A stretch of 64,000 nt of DNA from Azolla caroliniana (lineage: Eukaryota > Plantae > Polypodiophyta): NCBI GenBank assembly GCA_043228905.1, contig JBHGNT010000010.1, forward strand, positions 8,060,001 through 8,124,000. The letters are read 5' to 3'. The stretch's first letter is position 1, and the number at the start of each line of letters is the position of its first letter. Positions 24,901 through 35,700 of the stretch are shown here, piece after piece. The notes under the pieces are model-generated. The model ran no database searches, was not told where the DNA came from, and saw only the letters and a program-made list of their open reading frames with translations. The position numbers and the translations under genes were made by a program.

Positions 24901-27900
24901 TCTAGCCGAACCATCGTTGCCATCCGATCCACCATATCGTTCGCTCGTGCACTTTGCAATACCATGGTCAGTAGTCATGGCCCCCTTCGCCCCTCCTGAG
25001 CATAACCCTTCATGTATTGTACATTTGTTGTGTTTGTCCCGACCATCTCCTTGGTCATCAAACTTCCTCTTATCGTCCTTTCTCGTCTCATGGTTGCCTT
25101 TCCTCATGCTCACCAGCCTCGACCGGGTGTTGCGGCTCGTCTGCTTCGACCTTTGGCTAGGCCGACTCAACTTCTATCTGGATTGGTCTCGACCAATTAG
25201 CTTTTGTCTTGGTCGGCCTTCGTTTAGATTCGCATTCGGCCGAATCAGACTCAGACAATCGGCTTCAAGCGAGTCTACTCCCTTCTGGATCGAGTCTGAC
25301 CGATCGGGTTTGGCTGGATTGGGTTTTGGTTGGGTCGGGCTTGGTTGATTAGCTCTCATTCAGGTCGGCTTCAGTTTGGGTCAGAATACCACCCACGTCA
25401 TCTTCCATCCGGATTAGGGGCTTTGGATTGTGAGAGGGGATCAATAAGACCCAATCTTCCTCTCGACTTTGGTGATGTGAGTATAGGCTAGGCCACCTTG
25501 ACCTGAGCTGCATGATCTTCCTTACCAGACCAAATGTAGTTGCATACCAGTCAATGAATCAGGTGTATGCTTTTCTTGGAGATTGTTTAACATGATAGGT
25601 TGTACCATCCTGTTGCGAGTTGTAGACAAGTATGTGAAAAGATATGCAGAAGCGTGCATGAGAACTTGTCGTATTATGCTCAACAAGCAACACAGAAAAT
25701 ATGACAAAAGAAGAAAATAGAGGCGTAGACTCAGGTTGGAGCTCTAATGGAAGTTCTTATTTCGCTTGCTCTCTATAACTCTACACTCAGAGATTCAAGA
25801 AGAAAATTCATTACAATGTTAGGGTTGAGCTTATATACTCATTCCCTAACTAGAGGACATGTTCACATTGCGGTTACAAAGTGGAAGGAGTCGGCCTTTT
25901 ATGCCAACAAACTCCCTCGTAAAAGGATTACTCTTCCTGCATAAAATGTTAAGGGGTTATCTCCCTTGTAAACCTCGATTACAATTTAATCTAAAGTTAT
26001 AGTTACATTTCAGTTGGCATATAGTTGAGTCGGCAGAGATAAAGTCGGTAGCTAGCTTGATTCAGATAGTCATCCGGGTCGGCTTGTCTGAATTGGTCAA
26101 ATTGTCTCGTCTTACCTCTTGTTTGGTGCTCGACACTCTTCGGCTCGATCGCTTGTCATAGTCCCATCCTTGTCCTTAGTTCTTTGAAGCGATGTTCTGG
26201 GAGTGGCTTTGTCAAGCAATCAATGATGTTCACCTCGGTGTCGATTTTCCGGACTTTGAGCTTCTTCTCTGTTACAAGCTCCCGAATATGATGAAACCAT
26301 ACCTCTATGTGTTTCGTCTTTGCATGATAGACTGGGTCTTGAATGAGGTGTATTGTGCTCAGTGAGTTGCAATAGATGGTCAACGTTGGGTGGTCGATTC
26401 GGCTTGTCACTGAGAAGTCGGTTGAAAATCGGTGCAGCCAGATTGCTTCCTTCCCTGCCTCTGATGCTGCTATGTACTCGGCCTCTATGGTAGATAGGGT
26501 CATGCACACTTGCAGCTTCAACCTCCATGATATGGCGCAGCCACCATAGGTGAAGATGTAGCCTGATGTCGACTTCCGATTGTTTGTATTTCCGGCCTAG
26601 TCGGAGTTGGTGTAACCTTCGACTTCGGTTGGATTTGCTGATCCGAAAGTCAACTGTGCATCTTTGGTTCCTCTCAAGTAACTGAAGATGTGTTTGATGG
26701 CCTCCCAATGCTTCCGTCCTGGGTTCGACATGTAGGTGCTGACGACCCCTACGACATGGGCAAGGTCGGGTGGGGTCGCCACCATCACGTACATTATACT
26801 TCCTACGACCAATGCATAGGGTATCTTCCTATTGAGCTCTCTCTCCTTATCCGTCGAAGGAGAATCTCTATTGGGCTTATCCGAGTTCCTTCATCACAAA
26901 ATTGTTGTGAAGGCTTTGCTTTAACTTTCCGATTTTGGCACGATTGCTCCCTGCAATCAACATGTCGTCAACATAAAGGATCAGGTAGATCTGGGACTCA
27001 TCGGCCAGTTGCCGAGTATACATACATGGGTTGGAGTCGGATCGTCGGTATCCAAGCTGCCTGATGTAGGAGTCGAATTTTTGGTACCACATTCTCAACG
27101 CCCGTTTTAAGACATAGAGGCTTTTCTTCAATCTACATATGAGGTGACTTTCCTCCCCTGTCGCCGTGAAGCCTGCCAGTTGAGACATGTAGATGTCTTC
27201 ATCCATATCTCTGTGTAGGAATGTTGTCTTTACATCCATCTGCTCGAGCTCTAGGTCATTTGTTGCCACGACCCCAAGTAGAAGGCGAGGGGTGGTCATC
27301 TTGACGACTAGTGAGAATATCTTGTTGTAGTCGACTCCATGTTCATGTTTGAACCCTTTCGCTACGAGCCAAGCTTTGTATTTGGGCTTCTCTGAAACGC
27401 ATACATATTTGTATCTAAATACCCATTTGCAGGGCAGTGGCTTTCATCCAGCTTGTAGTTCGACTAGCTCCCATGTATTGTTCTGATGATCTCCTCATAT
27501 GCCTGTAGGAGGTCTTCTTTAATAGTGTCCCAAAGGCTTGTGAAGAAGTGAGGGGTGAGGCCAACGAGGCAACTATTTGCATCCAAATCGGAGAGGGCCT
27601 CCCATATCTCGATGATTGACAAGGGACGTGTGAGCCATGTATTCATTTCCGTCGTGACTTTCTGGGGTATGCTCTGGAGGATAATATCTTCTCTTGTGTC
27701 TTCCCTTGAGGCCATACTATCTTTAATAAATAGTCTCTTATAGTAGGTTGTAGTGATATTCCTCATTGTTGGGAATATGTCCCCCCAGTGGGAGGAAGAG
27801 CCGACTGTTCGGAAAGCCGACTTTCGAAGGGTCGAAAACAATGATTCGAGTGTTTGAGATTCAATTGTTATTATTATTACGGTAATAATAATGATGATGT

Positions 27901-30900
27901 TAGGAAATTGGTCACTCCAGATGGGGAGAGAGAGGAGCCGAGTTCGGCCTCGGCCGAAACCAGAATCGTGTATATAGCCAACTCGGGAGACTATACTTGT
28001 AAATAGTCTCAATGTGCGGCCCATGAGGGCTAGGTATGTAAATAGCCAGAAAGTTGTGTAAGTATATATATGCAACTAGGGAAAAATTTAAGATGCAGAA
28101 TAGAAGAGAACATAACTGTGAGTGTGAGATAGAAATCTGTGTGCCGCGCCATAGTTGTGTGAGTAACAACAAACGTGAAGAGCCCTGTGTGGCTGATACA
28201 CTCGACAGAGTGTTGTAATCCTCTCAGTGTTGTATATCCACTATCCATAGTGAAGATCTATTCCCGTGGTTTTTCTCCTGTTTTAGGGTTTCCACGTAAA
28301 TCTCTGTGCATAGTTGTCTACCTTTTTTTTGTGATTCGTATTTTAGCATTGTCTGTTCATTGTGATTTAAATTCCGAAACGGTTTCTCAACACTCATTTC
28401 TTCCCCATCCTCAGTGGTCATTCCATCCTCTCGGTTGAGGCTATGCATCACTATTCTAGCACGCCTCTGTCCCTTGCATCAGAAGAATTCCTTCGTGGTT
28501 TTGTCCCCTACTTGAATCCAGCGAGCCATACTTCGATGAAACTCCATGGCATAGATTGCCTTTTTTACCATGACAACCTATCCCCTAATTCAACTACATG
28601 ACATGTATCTCTGTTGGAGTCGTTGTAAGGCTATTAGTCCCCGTTTTGTCATTTGTCACTTTTCTTGAGCATCCAGTTCTGGTCTTGACAATCTCGTGTA
28701 ATAGATTTGAAGCTCTTGTTAGTTTAACTAGAAGTTTGTTGGATGCTGATGAGTCATTGACGGGTAATGACCATTGGGTGGTGAGTTGTTCCTTCAGCTT
28801 TGTAATTGTGTAAATAGTGTGTGGGATTCGAGGCTGGAATGGACCCCACTTTCGGTGCAATTGAAAATGGCCGATTATTGGGTAATTGTTGGAGAAAGTC
28901 ATGCCTGGAGTTATGCGACACCATCCTCCCTTCGCTTTTAGGGCCTCACCTACATAAATAAGGTCATGCGAGATAGGGTGGGTCCACCGTTCCGCCCATA
29001 TGATCGGGAAAATAAGAGAGAGTCCCTTTTTCATTGGAAGTTCTCTGAATACTATATATCTCACAACTTAAGGTGGACACATAACTTCTCCCATTGTTTA
29101 CGTTCCCTTCCTTGGAGAACTATGGGAGTGTTGTTAGAGCTATAGTGAAGGGATTCAATCATATTAAATCCCCTCCAATGCACCACTCCTCCTCACCCGC
29201 TACTTGTAGGTAGATGCGCTCCCAGAATGTTGCCCTTGCATTGCCAACGTACAAAAATGCGCCATACCAAGTATAAGTGATTCCTAGTGTATTAAGCCTT
29301 GGGCTAGATGTTCCCGAATCAAAGTGCAAACACCACCATGATTTCCATCCTCCCCTATTGTTGGCTCCCAAATTGTTCACTGCAATCCTAGTAGAAGGTC
29401 TCAGACTTCCTTTGAATGGGTACTATGGAGGTGGTGTTCTTGCAACACGATGATGTTAGCAGCACCCCCTAACATATACTCCTCAAGATCCCTTCTCAAT
29501 TTCCATCTGTTTTGCTGATCTAGTTGACTCATGAGCCCTTGCACATTCCATGTTACAACATTCATAATCATGGAACGGGGTGGGAGATTTCCAGGTGTTC
29601 TTGATGCTTTGCACAACAGACCGTGAGTGGGGAGCACTCACTATGTAGAATTCTAGTCATTTTCACTGATGGAATGATGGTCCAAATCCATGAGTGGAGT
29701 TTTTGGGCTATCTAGTGAGCTTCAATATCCCCTTCCTGCTTCTCATAGAAATAGAAAAAGCCTAGAGTTAGTTGAGTGTCTATGATAGTTCGCAGATGGA
29801 TGTGGCAGCGATGAGGTTCCTCTTTATCCATGTTGGGCTAGAATTTTGTGTTATTCTAGTGCTTCTTTAGTTCGTGCATGAGGTCTTCATCTCTTATTCT
29901 TGTTACAAAACACGTTGCTTGGGTACATAGCGTATCTTTAATCTTGGACCTGGACCAAACTTCTTGTGCTGGAATCAAGAGTGGAAAGGAGATTGAGGTC
30001 ATCGGTGCTCCATTATTGTGTACCGCCGATACATGTACCCTTATTTTTTCCATTGTCTTGTGCCCTATACCTAGCCATTTCAAGGTGTTTTGCGGGTGTG
30101 GTTCAAGGTCCTGGCTAGAGGTATCACACTCAGTTGTGTCTGGGAAGATTATGATATGAGGGGTGACATTCTGACTTGTGCCTTGGTTTGTTGCTTCTCC
30201 ATTGGGTGCAGCTCTGCTCAAGCTTCGCATTAGGGTCTTAACATGATTTATCCTTCATCGCATCCCTATTTTGTAAGCTTTAATGAGAAATTTCTCTTGT
30301 GTGCTTGGAGTCACCTTAGGCCTTTCATTGGGGTTTAAGAAAGTACTTGGGGAGTGTTCATCAATGGGGTGGGGAGAGCTCTTGTAGTAGATCAAATCAA
30401 TTGGGACTCAAAGGTGATGGAGGATTTTGTGGTTGTAGAGTTTTGCTTCTTTAGCCTGTTCAGTAGTGTTAGTTCCTCGTCCAACATCATACCGAAGGAG
30501 TTTCCAATAGTAGGAAGTAACATGTTGTATTCTAAGGATAAGCCAGGAAACAACATTGTTACCCTTTTCATGGAATCATCGTGTTGCGTGGCCTTCTCTG
30601 GGTAAAAACCATGTATCCATTTACGCATGAACATCCATGTGTTTCGGACATGGCGGGGAGACACTACTATGACGTTCGCTACGGAATCCTTGTCCTCTGG
30701 GACGATTTGATAGAAACCGTTGCCAAGGTTGGACTTCCTTTATACCACCTACTTGTCAATGGTATTTTCCCTGCAACATGTCTCGCAGTAATCCTCTATT
30801 TGGGTGTGATCGCACCACGTGGCATATGACCATTTTCCGCTCAAGGCGATCTATCTCCTACTCAAGCCCCTTTTTTCTAAATTCTAACCGTCAACGTAAA

Positions 30901-31850
30901 TAAATACTTTGGTGTAGAGTAAAACCACTCCACCTTATAACAAATCAGTCTTTAAAATACCCATGTCCCCGATGACATGGAATTCCATTAGCTTGAGCTC
31001 CGTCTATTGTGTATTACCTTTTATACTATCCAACGAACCTTTGAGATTATGCACAATCTCTATTAAAATCCTAGAAATTATTTGGGTAGGTCTTTCAGTC
31101 ACATTTTGAAATACCTTCAAACATTGAGTCTTCCAAATATACCAAATTGTAATACTACTTACCAATTGCCATTTTGAGGTTTATCGGTCTCTATTTGTGA
31201 ATTCAAAGGTATCAATGTTTTTTCCATCAAACCATGTCTCATCAACATAAATAGTTGTTATTTTAAAGCAAAGAATGATTAGAGTGGGGGATAAAGCTTG
31301 TGAGTTGATGGTTAGGTAGAGAGAATTTGTTTAAGATTTTTTTTCATTAAACTATGATACCCTGAGTAAATTTTATATTGTCAATATTTTTTCGAATATA
31401 AAATTGATCATCCATGTGAGTTCTAATTCCTATATTTTTTCTTGATTTTTCCACTTTTTGAACTTGCTAATGTAATTCAAACCAATAATTTTGTGCAGTG
31501 GAGGAAGACTAAGGCCAATGTGGTATGGCATGCATTGGTTATTTGGAATTGGGTCAATTATTGTTTCTATTTTAAACATTTACATGGGGATGGATTTTTT
31601 GGAATCACGGACAAACAAAAGCATTCACAACTTCAAAATTGGCCTTTCAATCCAGATTGCATTCATGGCAATGGTATACCTTGCCCAAGATAGATGGGGT
31701 TATATGCTTCAACAAGGACGTCGTAACGTCACAACATCCATTTCTCCTCGATCCCCCCTACAATCTACTATTCTTCTCTCACCTGTTTCCTACTCCGTGG
31801 TCCCCTCAACCTCCAGGAATTACCAAATGCGTCACTATCTTCCATCTTAA
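21932..31850 (+). CDS. Cytochrome b561 domain-containing membrane protein (At2g30890/At4g18260-like), 303 aa
   Basis: Exons 21932-22162, 22564-22743, 22907-23055 and 31499-31850 (912 nt, GT-AG, phases consistent; TA|T codon across intron 3). Four candidate heme-ligand His are present: VHAWLMY, YYTHVTLQ, HAHQKLG, WYGMHWLFG. C-terminal QDRWGYM. Confidence 0.88.
22185..22320. repeat. (GTCCAT)n/(GT)n microsatellite in cytochrome b561 intron 1
   Basis: Degenerate hexamer run gtccatgtccat... Confidence 0.85.
24113..25400. mobile_element. LTR-like insertion into LINE copy 1 (TGTCGTG...CACGTCA), probably containing a nested TGTCAC-type LTR at about 24236-24630
   Basis: LINE homology stops at 24112 and resumes at 25401. 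Termini are 6/7 inverted TG...CA. No clean 5-bp TSD. Confidence 0.5.
24547..24620 (+). other. tRNA-like (A/B box) sequence, degenerate
   Basis: TAGCTTTAGTGGTAAGC (D-arm GCTT/AAGC) at 24554 and B-box-like GGTTTAAATC at 24598. Confidence 0.5.
25621..27483 (-). mobile_element. 3' half of a Ty1/copia element (family C): RT, RNase H, PPT and 3' LTR
   Basis: RT (NNTWELV, LILYVDDMLI) and RNase H (STIEAEYIA, KTKHIEV). PPT GAGGGAGTT at about 25910-25918. 3' LTR 25621-25909 (TGTTGGCAT...TCTACA). Confidence 0.9.
27767..28392 (+). mobile_element. Solo LTR (626 bp, Tnt1/Tork-like) inserted in LINE copy 1
   Basis: TGTTG...CAACA termini with perfect TSD CTCAT. CCCGTGGTTTTT...GGGTTTCCACGTAAA motif. The start resembles the 11042 LTR. 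Confidence 0.95.
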
Positions 31851-32739
31851 AATGTCTATCAAAATAACATGTTCATCAATAGATTGTCATGCTATAGGAA
31901 ACTTAGTTTAGTGTCAACTTCTATGTTTAAAGTTAATACCTCGCCATGAAGGCATCTAAACATGATGTTGAAGAAAGAGTTTTTAACATGTAGGAAAAAC
32001 GAAGAATCTTGCCAATTCTAATCATACCATTGATGTATGTATCTTTATCACATTGACACTAACAAAAATTCAACTTTTGAACCACGAGCTAAATATCATT
32101 GAGCCCTAACAAAATTTAAATGTGGATAAACTCATAATAAAATACATTAAAATAACTCCTAAAACCCAACATGAAAGTATTCATACATCGTATGAGATAC
32201 TTTAGACATCTCCAACAATTTGATCTATTGTTTAAATCTTCATGAGCATATGTTGAAAAAACTCATTGTTAAAATTAAATAATATAAAGATATGATGATG
32301 TCATGATCTTTGCAATGTTAATGTTGGGGATCAAGGTTTCCAATAGTTGGTGTAAACAATAGTGTAACAAAATGTTGTGTAGGTCCAATCGATAATCACA
32401 ATATGGCAATTGAGTGATAAGAATGTGTCAAGCATTTGGATGCTTTCTGGTAGAGGAGTAAAAAAGTGCCCAATAAGCATGACAAAAAAGGATGCCAACC
32501 ATGAAGCAGAGTATTTTTCAAGTATAGGGGGCATAGGAAGATATGTGCATAAGAGCCTTTGGATGTTTTTTTTAGCTTTGAGAGTGCTTTATTAGAATTT
32601 GAGCCATATCTTTACCTTGGGCGAAGGAGTGTAGGTGAAGCGGTCGACTCGACTTCTTCTATCATGAGAGGGTAAATAGTCGAGGTTGACCCAAAAAATG
32701 GCACAAACAGTAGTGCTAGTGAGAAGCCGAACGCGATCC

Positions 32740-35700
32740 TGTTGAGAGACAAGCTCAACATCGGCCGGATCGGCTGAGCAAGCTGAGGACCGGATCGGTT
32801 GGGACCGATCGGTTAGGCCGGATCGGTTGGAAACTGGTACGCAGACCGGTGCATAGGAAGGCCGGATCGGGGCAGAAACCGGGAGGCCATCGGAAAGATA
32901 TTCCGCAAGCAATATATTTGGGAGTTAGTGTAGGGGCTCCTTAATGAGCATTGAAGTACTGTTAGTACTTCTATCTGTCCGAAAAGGACTTGTATAAAAG
33001 TGTTCATTGAATACACACGATGTACAGATTGAGTATTATTTTTGAAAAAGTTCTTGTGTTCACTCTTTCTCTCTCTGTCTCTCCCATGCGTACTGTGCAA
33101 ACCTAAGCTTTCCATTAAACCTGCGTTTTCTGTTTTTCGGTTTCCTATATCGCTTCCGCACGCCATTCTTTTCATGGTATCAGAGCAGGAGGGTTGAGAA
33201 CCTCTGCAGCCGACTTTGCTTGAAGGAAAAACCAATGAAGAAGAACAAGAAAACCGATGGATAGAGGAATGGCTAGCTCGCTTCTGACGGATAAGCTCGA
33301 CAGAACTAACTACGCATCTTGGTCCTACAAGATGCACCAGTACCTTCTTGAGAACGGTTACTGGAGCTATGTCGAAGGAGCGAATGACGCGGCACCCGAA
33401 TCGACACACAAAGACTTCCCGGCGTGGGAACAATCGGCGAGCAGAGTGCTGTACTATTTCGCGTCTTGTGTGGGCGAACAACTATTAAGCTACGTTCGGG
33501 ATGCAAAAACGCCGAAGGGTGCATGGGAAAATCTGAACAAGATCTTTGCCTCGAGCACCACAGCCAGGAAGCTGCAGCTCCGACAGGAATTGAGCAACCT
33601 GTGACAACGTGATTTGTCGATGGCTGACTATACCTCGAAGATCAAGGACATATGTGATCCTTAGCTTCCATCGATGTGAACATCGAGGAAAGCGAGATGG
33701 TCCAGGTTTGTCTTCGGGGTTTGGCATCGACGTTCGGGGCGTTTCGAACTGCTGTGTGTACCCGGGAGAATATGCCGTCCTTTTTCGACTTACAGTCGAT
33801 GCTCTTGGTAGAGGAGAACCACGCAGGTGTGTCAACGAGCATGCAAACCGATAGCAAGATGCTGTACACAGAGGGAGATAGACCCCATGGATGTGGAGGA
33901 TGAGGCAAGTCAGTGTGCAATGGAGGCGGCCGACGGGATCAAGGAAGGAGGCACCGAAATGATGGCGACAACAATTCCGGATCCACCTTCCGGAAACAGG
34001 GGGAGTCGAGGCGATGAGAACCGGCAAGGGAAACCCGCCACGAAATGCTGGTATTGTGGCAAGAAAGGCCACAGGGAGAGCGAGTGCTGGAAAAAGCGCG
34101 CCGAGTCGGAGAGAACCGGTTCCGGATCTGGATCCGGACATACCGACAAAGGAAACCGGCAGCGATCGCACTACGTCGAAGGATCCGGAAAAGCCGGAAA
34201 AGGGTCTGCCTTCGTGACGAGACACGAAGCAAACTCAATGAAGCAGACCACCCCGAAATTGGACGAGGTGTGATATGTCGACTCCGGCGCATCAAATCAC
34301 ATGACGAGCCATAAGGAGTGGTTCTCGTACCTAGAAAAACCGATGCAACCGGAAGTAGTCGCAACCAGAGACGACACTCCGCATCCGATCGCGAATGTCG
34401 GAGAAGTTCCCCTGAGCCATGTCGGGCAGAAAGGGGAACTCATGAACGTGCTACACATCCCGACAATCACGAAGAACTTGGTGTCGGTTGGATAGATCAT
34501 CGACCAAGGGATGGAGGTCCGGTTTACACACCTCGGGTGCTTCATTGAGGAAGAAGGCCGTGTTATTACGCAAGGGTGCCGAGATGGGAGGATGTTCATC
34601 CTCGACTCTACTGACGGTGGCATTGCAATGTTCGCGAAGGGACAAAACGTCGAGTCGGACATCGACTTATGGCACAATCGGATAGGCCACGTCAACTACC
34701 CACGGCTTCAAGACCTGCAATCGAAACAAGTGGTGTTCGGATTGCCCAAATTTAGTGGCCGGAAGGCACAAATTTGTGAAGCCTGCCAGCTTGGGAAGCA
34801 ACACCGACTTCCTTTCCCCAACGAGCGTAACCGGAGCCGGAACAAGCTCAACTTGATACACTCCGATGTCTAGGGGCCGGGTCAAAACGTTAGTCTTGGC
34901 GGGAGTCGATATTTCGTCTCCTTCATCGACGACTACACGAGGCACACGTGGATCTACCTCATCGAGAGGAATAGCGAAGTCTTCGACTATTTCCGGGACC
35001 TCAAAGGGTTCGTGGAAACGGAAACAGGAAGAAAGATCAAGTGCCTGCGGTCGGATGACAGAAAAGAATATTTTTCCGGTCAATTCAACGGTTATCTACA
35101 ATAGATGGGAATTCGGCGCGAATTCAGTTGTAGATACACGCCGGAGCAAAATGGCGTGGCGGAGAGGAAAAATCGGTCGGTTGTGGAAGCGGCACGGGCA
35201 ATGCTGGAGGAGAAGAGCTTGCCCAAGTTCTACTAGGCCAAGGCGATAAGGACCGCGGTATACATCTGAAACCGAATCGGAGACAAAGCGTCGAGCACGA
35301 GCTATATTTCGGAACGAAGCCAAACTTGCGACACTTACGAGTTTTCGGTAGCATTGCGTATGTGCATGTGCCGAAGGAGAAACGGAGGAAGCTGGACGCA
35401 AAGGCCGAGAAATGCATCATGGTCGGTTACTCGGACAAGCAGAAGGGTTATAAGTGTTATAACCCTCGCACCAAACAAGTGCGCGTGACCCGCGACGTTG
35501 TGTTTGACGAGTCCACGTCCTCGTACTTGCCTCCGACTCCGGACCTCACCTCCAATCCAAGTTCCGACAATGAGGTCAGCGAGGCCGAGGTGCCTCCGAA
35601 TGAGCCTGAAATTGGGACCCGCGAAGAGAGTCCGATTTCGTTTCGGTTAAGTGAACTGAATGGACGACTGAGTCGGTTCGACCAGTCCGATGAAGAGCCT

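Larger units (their letters stand above)
23767..30830 (-). mobile_element. L1/Tx1-type LINE relic (copy 1), antisense in cytochrome b561 intron 3, interrupted by three insertions
   Basis: Segments about 23767-24112, 25401-25620, 27484-27766 and 28393-30830 are colinear with LINE copy 2. Endonuclease motifs MNVVTWNVQGL, LQEHHL and WCIGGD, plus ORF1 remnants. Confidence 0.9.
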
